The position numbers and the translations under genes were made by a program. A stretch of DNA of 32,000 bases. Origin: an uncultured bacterium. GTDB lineage: Bacteria; Margulisbacteria; WOR-1; CAVSGV01. Positions 8,248 through 15,996 of this stretch are shown here, piece after piece; within the stretch, counting starts at the first letter, position 1, and every line of letters starts with the position of its first letter. The DNA is taken from NCBI GenBank assembly GCA_963699255.1, contig OY969425.1:990001-1022000 (forward strand), written 5' to 3'. The notes under the pieces were generated by a model that ran no database searches, was not told where the DNA came from, and was given only the letters and a program-made list of their open reading frames with translations.

Positions 8248-9780
8248 TCATTTGTCATTACTCTTTATGTAAACTTTCTCGATATCAACGAACAATCCTG
8301 CCGGGCCGGGTTCGGATAATCCTCCTACCCTGTCCCTTACCCCGGTCAGGACGTTCGGATACCACAGGAACACGTAAGGAGCGCTCCCCGTGATCTCCTT
8401 GTACATCCGCGCGTATATCTTCTTCCTGGCGGCTTTTGACTGTTCCCGTCTTCCGGCGTCAAGAAGCCTGTCCACTTTCGGATCGCTGTATCCGATAAAA
8501 TTAAGCCCCGCCGGATACTGGCTTGAATGCCATATCGAATATGAATCGGGATCGATGCCCGTGGACCAGCCGATTATGACCGCGTCAAAATCTTTCGGGT
8601 CCTTTCGCGCGTTGATCACCTTCAGCAGCGCGCTCCATTCAAGCACCCTTATGTTCATCTTTACTCCGACCCGCTTGAATTGCTGTTGAAGTATCGTCGC
8701 GGCCTTTTCCCTCTCTTTGTTCCCGTGGTTCACCAGGACGGTGAATTCAAGGTTCCTCACTTTTGCCTTACGCAGAAGTTCCTTTGCTTTTGCGGGATCG
8801 TATCCATATTTATCCACGTCATCGCTGTAAGCCCAGGAAACAGGCGCGGAAGGAGAGTATGCCGGCGAAGCCAATCCCATGAAGATAAGGCCGATTAGCT
8901 GCTTCCTGTTGACCGCGTAAGACAGGGCTTTTCTAACTCTTACATCCGAGAACTTTGGCGACCTGAGGTTGAATCCGAGATAGGTATACAGAAGCGCGTC
9001 GTACTTATAAAGGTTCACGTGTTTTATCGGATGGAAATCTTTCGGAGGAATGTCCGTTACATCAATGTCCCCCGACCTGAGGGCTACAAGCGCGGTGTTC
9101 TCATCGGGGATAATCTTGAAGAGTATCTGGTCAAGCTTCGGCACCCCGCCGTAATATTTTGGATTTCTCTTTACCAGCACGTGGTCGCCGGCCTTATATT
9201 CAACGAACACGAACGGCCCCGTCCCTACCGGACGCCTGTTGAAGGCGGACATATCAAGTTCTTTTCCTTTAAGGATATGCGCTGGCAGAATCCCCATCGC
9301 CGCGCTTACCAGGAACGGAGAAAAAGGTTTTGGGAGGATCGCTTTCACCGTATATTTGTCAACGACTTTGAATATTATCGGCTTTCCGTCGATCATGTAA
9401 TCGCCGCGCCTCACCGAGTTGATCTTCGGGTTCAGGATCGTGTCAAAGGTGAATTTGACGTCATCTGCTGTAAAAGGCGCCCCGTCGTGCCAGGTCACGT
9501 CTTTCCTCAAATAAAAAGTCCATACAAGGCCGTTCTTTGAGACTTTCCAGGACTTCGCCAGGTCAGGGATAAAGTTAAGGTCCTTGTCCGTCTTCACCAG
9601 ACCGGTAAAAATGACCCCCTCGATCGCAGACGAGGTTGTATCCGTTGAAAGTATAGGATTTATGACCGAGACTTCTCCGCCGAGCGACATTATAAGCCGG
9701 CCGTTGGGATCGTAGTCTACAGCAGAAGTAAAATTCATGAAGACCAGGAATGATAATAAAGTAAGTATAAATCGTCTCAC
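8248..9780 (-). CDS. ABC transporter peptide-binding lipoprotein/periplasmic protein (OppA/DppA-like, SBP_bac_5)
   Basis: Signal peptide MRRFILTLLSFLVFMNFTSA; DLAKSWKVSKNGLVWTFYLRKDVTWHDGAPFTADDVKFTFD; RKALSYAVNRKQLI. Confidence 0.93.
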   Translation of the reverse strand: MRRFILTLLSFLVFMNFTSAVDYDPNGRLIMSLGGEVSVINPILSTDTTSSAIEGVIFTGLVKTDKDLNFIPDLAKSWKVSKNGLVWTFYLRKDVTWHDGAPFTADDVKFTFDTILNPKINSVRRGDYMIDGKPIIFKVVDKYTVKAILPKPFSPFLVSAAMGILPAHILKGKELDMSAFNRRPVGTGPFVFVEYKAGDHVLVKRNPKYYGGVPKLDQILFKIIPDENTALVALRSGDIDVTDIPPKDFHPIKHVNLYKYDALLYTYLGFNLRSPKFSDVRVRKALSYAVNRKQLIGLIFMGLASPAYSPSAPVSWAYSDDVDKYGYDPAKAKELLRKAKVRNLEFTVLVNHGNKEREKAATILQQQFKRVGVKMNIRVLEWSALLKVINARKDPKDFDAVIIGWSTGIDPDSYSIWHSSQYPAGLNFIGYSDPKVDRLLDAGRREQSKAARKKIYARMYKEITGSAPYVFLWYPNVLTGVRDRVGGLSEPGPAGLFVDIEKVYIKSNDK

Positions 9781-9834
9781 AGCTTGATTATAACGAAAAT
9801 TCTTGAAGTGTGGTAGTTAGAGATTGGAAGTGGG

Positions 9835-10302
9835 TTATGAATTGTGATGTGGGATGTTTGATTGCATTCCTTGTCGACCAAAAACCATCCAGTTTCGCTT
9901 AAGGTTATAAAGTTGCTTTCCGGCAATTTCATAGGTATCTATAAGATAATTGCATAATTTGTCATCAATCCCATAAACATCCCTGCAAATCACTAAATGC
10001 GGGTTCATTTCATTGCATTCGCCCAGTGCGTCATCCAAATATTTCTTAAAAGCTCTCAATTGATGCTTTTTTGCATAGCCCTCCGCGATGAGTGCAGGTA
10101 TTGCTTTGCAGCATCGTCGCATTTGATCGCCGAGATCGAATTTTTCATAAGTCGGCAACCTTGGGATTAACTTTATTAAGGTTATCTTGGTTGCTTCAAG
10201 AACCCTTTGATAGACATTCAAATCCGTAAAACTTCTTATGCTTTTATTATTCACTTCCAACTTCTCAATTCCAAACTCATTTCCCATTTCCAAATATCCC
10301 AC
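9835..10302 (-). CDS. Four-helix-bundle protein (23S rRNA intervening-sequence protein family)
   Basis: FTDLNVYQRVLEATKITLIKLIPRLPTYEKFDLGDQMRRCCKAIPALIAEGYAKK...FKKYLDDALGECNEMNPHLVICRD. The start is uncertain because the frame runs into the flanking low-complexity array. Confidence 0.85.
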   Translation of the reverse strand: MGYLEMGNEFGIEKLEVNNKSIRSFTDLNVYQRVLEATKITLIKLIPRLPTYEKFDLGDQMRRCCKAIPALIAEGYAKKHQLRAFKKYLDDALGECNEMNPHLVICRDVYGIDDKLCNYLIDTYEIAGKQLYNLKRNWMVFGRQGMQSNIPHHNS

Positions 10303-10311
10303 TTCCGCCTT

Positions 10312-10722
10312 TTACATATTGCTCAATTCAAGGAGTTCTGAAGATCCGTTCCTTTTATATCCGATCAGCTTGTACGATCCTGTCGAATCATCATAAACAT
10401 AAATGATCTTCCCGGCCTTATCCGATTCCGTATATGCCCTGCCTGTAAAGGGATTTATGGGCACCGAAGTGGCGTATCCGCCCTGGCTCAAATAATTATC
10501 ATACAGCTCTTTAAGCGATATGTTGCTTCCCATTGGATAGGCTTCATTTTCCATGTTATACGCCTCTACGGCGAGCTGGATCGAGTGCATGACGGCTTTA
10601 ACTCCTGTCTCCTTCGCCCTGTCCTGCACGCCGATGAAGTTCGGCATCATGAAAGCGGCGATGATGCTGATGATAGCTATTACCACCAATAATTCTATCA
10701 AGGTGAATGCTTTGCTCATCAA
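10312..10722 (-). CDS. GspG/PilE-type major pseudopilin-like protein
   Basis: MMSKA|FTLIELLVVIAIISIIAAFMMPNFIGVQDRAKETGVKAVMHSIQLAVEAYNMENEAYP, with RBS GGAGG just upstream. Confidence 0.92.
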   Translation of the reverse strand: MMSKAFTLIELLVVIAIISIIAAFMMPNFIGVQDRAKETGVKAVMHSIQLAVEAYNMENEAYPMGSNISLKELYDNYLSQGGYATSVPINPFTGRAYTESDKAGKIIYVYDDSTGSYKLIGYKRNGSSELLELSNM

Positions 10723-10810
10723 TTAACCTCCTTCGATAAATTACAAATCACAATTTACAAATTACAAACAAATTACAATTCACAACAAATAAACCATACA
10801 CAAATAACCA

Positions 10811-11166
10811 TCAAGCCTTACTTAATATTGAAGAGAATATATTGCGCAATTCCCGCGATTCTTTATATAACTTATTGACTTCTTCTCCAATGTTCGGATT
10901 AGCTTCTTTTACTAATTCCAGCCAATAACTGCTCTCTTTTGCCTCTTTTCTTGTGATTCTCATCCTATGGACAAAATCTTTTTGACTTAAAGCTTCATTT
11001 GCTTCCCTGTAATTTGCCCCGACAGATCCGGCAGCCCTAACAAGCTGTCCTATTAATGTGAAATTAATTGTGTTTGCCGGCATTTTTTTGCATAATCTAA
11101 TTACGCATTTTGCATATTCCTAGGTTCTTTCCTCCAGATCAAATGGTTTTTTGTCGTTTTGATCAT
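10811..11166 (-). pseudogene. Degraded second four-helix-bundle (23S rRNA IVS family) gene
   Basis: Intact tail MPANTINFTLIGQLVRAAGSVGANYREANEALSQKDFVHRMRITRKEAKESSYWLELVKE. The upstream frame reads ..NDKKPFDLEERT*EYAKCVIRLCKK, with an in-frame TAG at 11122-11120. ATG 11166 is one base out of frame across an A6 tract. Confidence 0.85.
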
Positions 11167-11229
11167 TGTAATTTGTATATTGTTTGTGATTTGTGTATTG
11201 TATATTGTGATTTATTTGATCCTGCATCT

Positions 11230-12231
11230 TTATCCTCCCAATACACTGATTAACTTAATGATCGGCATGAACATGGCAAATACGATCAAACCGACAACGA
11301 GACCCGTCGCCAGGGTTGAAGCAGGCTCAACAAGACTTGAGAATGTTTTCAGCCCGTTCTCGGTACCTTCTTCGTACAGGACCGCCAGTTGAGCAAATAC
11401 TTTATCAAGGGAAGATGAACGCTCTCCCGCTGAAATAAGTGAAATATCCGTCTCGTCGAACAGCCCGGTATTATTCAACGACTCGCTTAATGCATCCCCT
11501 TCCGAGACCTGCTTGATGGAAGCCTCAAGCTTTTCCTTGTACAACCTGCTGTTCACCAGACCGGCCGATAGTGAAAGGGAAGCCATTATGTTCATCCCCG
11601 AAGCAAGCGATTCAGCCATTGAACCAAAAAAAGAGGCCAAAACAAGCTTTGACCTGAATTTGCCGATGACAGGGAACCAGAAACCTTTATCGCCCATTAA
11701 ATATCTGACGAACAAGTATAATAAACCGATCAAAACAACCGCCACAAATGGGAAGAATTTGCCCGAATCTAAAATAAATCTGCTTAAAGGCGGAAGCGTC
11801 ACTCCGACGGACTGGAAGATCCGCGCGAATGAAGGAAGAAGGACCGATATCAGGATAAAAAGAGATACGCAGCAAAGGAACAAGACGAACGCTGGATAAA
11901 GCAGAGCCCCGAAGATCCTTTTCTTAAAGGCTTCTTTTTTCTCCAGATACCGGCAGGCCCTCGCGAGCCCCGCCGGGAGGCTGCCGCTGTTCTCCGCGAC
12001 TGAAATAATGCCTATCACCGCGGCCGGGAAAACGGCCGGGTCAAGAGCGCCGGTGAGCGAGCCGCCAGATTTTACCTTTTCCGCTATTCCCCTAAAATAA
12101 TCCGATCTCGCGGCCAGGTCAAGAGCGCCGGATATTGACATGCCCGCACCCATTAAAAGGGCGAGCTTTTTAAAAAAGTGTATCATTTCGCCGTGCTTTA
12201 CTTTTTTATATATTAAAAAGCTTTTTAGCAT
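11230..12231 (-). CDS. Type II secretion/type IV pilus inner-membrane protein (GspF/PilC-like)
   Basis: FFKKLALLMGAGMSISGALDLAA...GGSLTGAL...ENSGSLPAGLARACRYLEKKEAFKKRIFGALLYPAFVL...LISAGERSSSLDKVFAQLAVLYEE. The real start may be the later Met (MIHFFKKLALL). Confidence 0.9.
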   Translation of the reverse strand: MLKSFLIYKKVKHGEMIHFFKKLALLMGAGMSISGALDLAARSDYFRGIAEKVKSGGSLTGALDPAVFPAAVIGIISVAENSGSLPAGLARACRYLEKKEAFKKRIFGALLYPAFVLFLCCVSLFILISVLLPSFARIFQSVGVTLPPLSRFILDSGKFFPFVAVVLIGLLYLFVRYLMGDKGFWFPVIGKFRSKLVLASFFGSMAESLASGMNIMASLSLSAGLVNSRLYKEKLEASIKQVSEGDALSESLNNTGLFDETDISLISAGERSSSLDKVFAQLAVLYEEGTENGLKTFSSLVEPASTLATGLVVGLIVFAMFMPIIKLISVLGG

Positions 12232-12967
12232 TATCTGTTGTGATCTCCCCTATACGTTCGATCGTCTCCCCCTTGATACCGGCAAGAGCCTGTGCCACAT
12301 ACCTTACGTAAGACGGCTCATTCCTCTTCCCCCGGTTCGGCTCTGGTGTAAGATATGGGCAATCGGTCTCTATAAGTATCCTGTCCAGAGGCGCTGTCTT
12401 TGCTATCTCGATGATATTCTTTGCTTTTTTGAACGTGACCATCCCGGAAACGGAGATATAAAAGCCGTTGTCCAGCACCCATTTGAGCTGGTCAAGGGTA
12501 CCCGCAAAGCTGTGAAAAACGCCGCGAACTTTGCCCTGGCCTTCCGAATGAATAATATCGACCATATCATGATATGACTCCCTGCCATGGAATATCGCGG
12601 TTTTTTTCTCCTCCCGCGCGGTCCACAGCAATTTGGAGAACATCCTCTTTTGCTCTTCATGAGAGGATAGATCATAATGATAATCAAGGCCGATCTCTCC
12701 AAGAGCCACCACTCTTGGCTGTTTCAGAAGTTCAGTGATCTTCTTGTAACATTCTTCATTGAATGATTTTGCGTCATGCGGGTGGATCCCGACCGCTGAA
12801 TAAATATAATCGCTGTCAGCCGATAATAGTGTTGATTTTTCCGACGATGCCATGTCGAAACCGACATCAATTATGAATTCGAGGCCTGCATCTTTAGCAC
12901 GGCTCAAAACCTCATGAATATCCTGATATTCAGGCATCGTGAGGTGCGTGTGGGTATCGGTAAGCAT
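12206..12967 (-). CDS. tatD: TatD family metal-dependent hydrolase/DNase
   Basis: MLTDTHTHLTMPEY, VGIHPHD, ALGEIGLDYHYDLS, GVFHSFAG, ILIETDCPYLTPEPNRGKRNEPSYVRYVAQALA. Confidence 0.94.
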   Translation of the reverse strand: MLTDTHTHLTMPEYQDIHEVLSRAKDAGLEFIIDVGFDMASSEKSTLLSADSDYIYSAVGIHPHDAKSFNEECYKKITELLKQPRVVALGEIGLDYHYDLSSHEEQKRMFSKLLWTAREEKKTAIFHGRESYHDMVDIIHSEGQGKVRGVFHSFAGTLDQLKWVLDNGFYISVSGMVTFKKAKNIIEIAKTAPLDRILIETDCPYLTPEPNRGKRNEPSYVRYVAQALAGIKGETIERIGEITTDNAKKLFNI

Positions 12968-12978
12968 AAAACTCCTTT

Positions 12979-14562
12979 TTATGTCGCGATCCTGGGAAAG
13001 AGTGGCATACCTTTGTTGATCTTAGCAGCAATTTTTTTGCCAAATTCGAGGTTTTTTGGGTCGTCAAGTTCTGACTTTGACAGACCCATCTGGGCAAGCA
13101 TTGCGTTCGAAGTGGCCGGCATAAAAGGCCCTATCATGACCGCCGTTAACCTTAATATTTCAAACAAATTATACATCACGGCCTTCAGTTCTTCGTTCTT
13201 CCCTTCCTTTGAAAGTTTCCAGGGAGCTTCTTTTTCAATATAATTGTTCGCCAGATTGATGAGCTTCCAGACGGAGGCAAGCGCCTCGGAAAATTGAAGT
13301 CCATCCATGTGTTTTGAATATATAGCCGGGGTCTCCTTCGAGAGTTTCACCAGCTGGGAGCTTATGTCGTCAAAGTCCTGCTTAACGGGCATTGACACTT
13401 CGCCGTTGAAATATTTCTCGACCATCGTGAGAGACCTGTTAAGGAGGTTGCCCATATCGTTCGCAAGATCGGAGTTGAACCTCGTTATCAGCGCGTTCTT
13501 TGAATAATCACCGTCATCGCCGAAAGGAACTTCCCTTAATAAAAAGTACCTTACCGCGTCAACGCCGAATTCTTTTGACAGCGCTATCGGGTCAGCGACG
13601 TTCCCTTTTGATTTGGACATCTTCTGGCCTTCGGACGTCCACCATCCGTGGCCGAATATTGTCCTGGGAAGCTTAAGTCCCAATGCCATCAGCATGCACG
13701 GCCATATGACCGCATGGAACCTGACGATCTCTTTCCCCATCAAATGCACGTCCGCCGGCCATAACCTTTCGAACCTCGGCTGGTTCAAGCCGTATCCGGG
13801 CGCCGTAATATAATTGATAAGCGCGTCGAACCAGACGTAAACCACGTGTTTCGGGTCTTCCTTTACCGGGACACCCCAGCTGAAGGCCGTTCTTGTGACG
13901 CTTAGATCCTTCAGCCCGTGCTTCATGAAGCTGATGACCTCGTTCCTGCGCGATTCGGGCTTAATGAAATCGGGATGCGCTTCAATGTGATGGATCAGAT
14001 CCTTCTCATATTTGGAAAGCTTGAAGAAATACGTCTTTTCTTTGATCTTTTGCACCGGCCTTCCGCAATCCGGGCAGAAGTTGCCGTGGGGCTTATGCTC
14101 CACATCGATCGTCTTTGCTTTCGGAGTGTCAAGTTTCGTTTCCTTCAGCTGAAGATCGGTCCAGAAAGTTTCACACGGCGTGCAATACCATCCTTCGTAT
14201 TCTCCCTTGTAAATGTCCCCGGTCTCCAGCAGTTTGGAAAAAACGCTCTGTACCACCTTTACATGCCTGTCCTCCGTAGTGCGGATGAAATCATTATAAG
14301 AAACATTGAGCATTTCCCAGGCGGACTTGAACCTGGTCACAATATCATCACAAAATTCCTGCGGATCTTTGCCCTGGGCTTTTGCCGCCTCCGCTATCTT
14401 TTGGCCGTGCTCATCAGTTCCCGTCAGGAAAAATACGTCATCCCCTTTTAATCTTTTGTAGCGCGCCAGGACATCCGCTGCAATGGTCGTATAAGCATGC
14501 CCTATGTGAGGAATGTCATTGACGTAATAAAGAGGTGTGGTTAAGTAGAATTTCTCTTTCAT
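12979..14562 (-). CDS. metG: Methionyl-tRNA synthetase
   Basis: MKEKFYLTTPLYYVNDIPHIGHAYTTIAADVLARY; zinc-type Cys pairs CTPC and CPDC; KMSKSKGNV. The 14700 start in the ORF track is read-through of intergenic sequence. Confidence 0.95.
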   Translation of the reverse strand: MKEKFYLTTPLYYVNDIPHIGHAYTTIAADVLARYKRLKGDDVFFLTGTDEHGQKIAEAAKAQGKDPQEFCDDIVTRFKSAWEMLNVSYNDFIRTTEDRHVKVVQSVFSKLLETGDIYKGEYEGWYCTPCETFWTDLQLKETKLDTPKAKTIDVEHKPHGNFCPDCGRPVQKIKEKTYFFKLSKYEKDLIHHIEAHPDFIKPESRRNEVISFMKHGLKDLSVTRTAFSWGVPVKEDPKHVVYVWFDALINYITAPGYGLNQPRFERLWPADVHLMGKEIVRFHAVIWPCMLMALGLKLPRTIFGHGWWTSEGQKMSKSKGNVADPIALSKEFGVDAVRYFLLREVPFGDDGDYSKNALITRFNSDLANDMGNLLNRSLTMVEKYFNGEVSMPVKQDFDDISSQLVKLSKETPAIYSKHMDGLQFSEALASVWKLINLANNYIEKEAPWKLSKEGKNEELKAVMYNLFEILRLTAVMIGPFMPATSNAMLAQMGLSKSELDDPKNLEFGKKIAAKINKGMPLFPRIAT

Positions 14563-14596
14563 GAATGGAATTATAGCATAAAAATGAGGTGTGAGA

Positions 14597-14616
14597 CCCC
14601 GCGACTTCGCGCGGGG
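14597..14616. repeat. GC-rich hairpin in the metG/Ntn divergent region
   Basis: CCCCGCG (14597-14603) / CGCGGGG (14610-14616), perfect 7-bp stem with a 6-nt loop. Confidence 0.75.
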
Positions 14617-14656
14617 CAAGCGCGAGATGGGAAGTGAGAGATGTGAAAATACAAAT

Positions 14657-14685
14657 AGTACGATCGTTATAGTACGATCGTTTTT
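14657..14685. promoter_or_regulatory. Twin ACGATCGT palindromes followed by a T-run (possible operator or attenuator-like hairpin)
   Basis: Direct repeat AGTACGATCGTT at 14657-14668 and 14671-14682. ACGATCGT(14660-14667)-tatagt-ACGATCGT(14674-14681) is followed by TTTT. Confidence 0.5.
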
Positions 14686-14714
14686 GCAAATATCGGTCAA
14701 AAGGAATATAATCC

Positions 14715-15449
14715 ATGACGGTTGTTATGTCATTAGTCATTACAATATATGTACGCGAGGGCATCGTCATGGCCAGCGACAGCAGGCTGACCCTGAACGC
14801 CACGCAAAACCAGCCCGGCAGCCCTCAAATAGTGAATGTGGCGGTCGGACAAAGCGATACGGTATATAAAACTTTTTTGACCTCTAACAGGATCGGCATC
14901 TCAACTTTCGGCGCCGCGGATATCAAAGACGTACCGATCACCGGTTTTATGGAATCCTTCATAAACGACCACATCGCGCAAAAGAACGTAAGCCTTAACA
15001 ATGTGCCTCAGGAATTATTAAAATATTTCAGGAACATCTCCCCGGACCTCCAGATCGGCTTTCATGTAGCCGGCTATACATCGGCCAGCAACGTGCCGGA
15101 ACAAAGCGTCTGGGCGGTCGATGTTCACGGGAACGCTATCACCCGTCTTAATAAACCCGGGCAGCCCGGAGCATCCTGGGCGGGTGAAGCCGAGATACTG
15201 GCGAGGCTGATCAATCCGGTAAGGGTCGAGAACAGTCCAGGTAATTTTATCGATCTTCCTTTTGCCCAGATCCAGTTCGGATACTTTACCATACAGGATG
15301 CCGTTGATTTCGCCGTTTACGCGATAAGAACAACTATCGATTCTTTCAGGTTCCAACCCCGGCCCAAAACCGTCGGCGGGCCGATAGATATCCTGGTAAT
15401 AAGGCCGAACGAGGCTTTTTGGGTTCAGAGAAAAGAATTACACGCTTAG
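14715..15449 (+). CDS. Proteasome/Ntn-hydrolase superfamily-like protein
   Basis: SLVITIYVREGIVMASDSRLTLN resembles the proteasome-subunit N-terminus (T-x-x-x-G-x-x-x-x-D-G-V-V-x-A-x-D-x-R-x-T). FGAADIKDVPITGFMESFI and FHVAGYTSASNVPEQSVWAVDVHGN are compatible with the fold. Confidence 0.6.
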   Translation: MTVVMSLVITIYVREGIVMASDSRLTLNATQNQPGSPQIVNVAVGQSDTVYKTFLTSNRIGISTFGAADIKDVPITGFMESFINDHIAQKNVSLNNVPQELLKYFRNISPDLQIGFHVAGYTSASNVPEQSVWAVDVHGNAITRLNKPGQPGASWAGEAEILARLINPVRVENSPGNFIDLPFAQIQFGYFTIQDAVDFAVYAIRTTIDSFRFQPRPKTVGGPIDILVIRPNEAFWVQRKELHA

Positions 15450-15564
15450 ACAATATTTTTATGCTCCCTCGTCACAACTCCCTACAATTGTCGAATATCA
15501 CCACATCAATATAAGTCAATTAAACATAAAGCAATTGGAATAATAATTGCTTATCTCAATTTAC

Positions 15565-15951
15565 ATGTACATGAAACCCATTAAGAAAGTATTCGCAAGA
15601 CAGCTCAGAAGATACGAAACTAAAGCAGAAAAGATAATATGGAGACTTCTAAGAAATAGACGTTTTCAAGGGTTTAAATTCCGCCGACAGCATGTTGTAG
15701 AAGGTTTCGTAGCAGATTTTTGCTGTCATAAGCTCAAGTTTATTGTAGAAATTGATGGATGGGTTCATAAGAAGCAGAAAAGATATGACGAAATTCGGGA
15801 TATTATTTTGATGTCAAAAGGCTATTCAATTATCAGATTCAAGAATGAGGATGTCGTCGAAGATTTATCGAAAGTATGCCAAGATTTGGAGAACGCCCTC
15901 ACCCTAGCCCTCTCCCCGGGGGAGAGGAAAGCAAAACGAAAGCTATTCTGA
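15565..15951 (+). CDS. DUF559 (Vsr-like) endonuclease-domain protein
   Basis: RRYETKAEKIIWRLLRNRRFQGFKFRRQHVVEGFVADFCCHKLKFIVEIDGWVHKKQKRYDEIRDIILMSKGYSIIRFKNEDV is a characteristic core. The C-terminus ALTLALSPGERK is repeat-encoded. Confidence 0.88.
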   Translation: MYMKPIKKVFARQLRRYETKAEKIIWRLLRNRRFQGFKFRRQHVVEGFVADFCCHKLKFIVEIDGWVHKKQKRYDEIRDIILMSKGYSIIRFKNEDVVEDLSKVCQDLENALTLALSPGERKAKRKLF

Positions 15952-15968
15952 AGCTCTAGTGGGTGAGG
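15896..15968 (+). repeat. Palindromic 'CCTCACCCTA.CCCTCTCCCC..GGGGAGAGG..GGGTGAGG' repeat forming the DUF559 gene 3' end
   Basis: CCTCTCCCC (15909-15917) / GGGGAGAGG (15919-15927) is nested inside CCTCACCC (15897-15904) / GGGTGAGG (15961-15968, one T within each arm pairing with A). Confidence 0.75.
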
Positions 15969-15996
15969 TACTTTTCTCATCTCACATCTCTCATCT

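Noticed and set aside
14563-14700. N-terminal extension of metG (MTDICKNDRTITIVLFVFS...)
   Set aside because: It reads through the twin-palindrome and GC-hairpin intergenic region. The canonical MetRS start MKEKFYLTTPLYYVND is at 14562.
15529-15552. AAGCAATT..AATTGCTT hairpin upstream of the DUF559 gene
   Set aside because: Real 8-bp inverted repeat, but AT-rich, isolated and readily explained by chance. Not enough to call a regulatory element.
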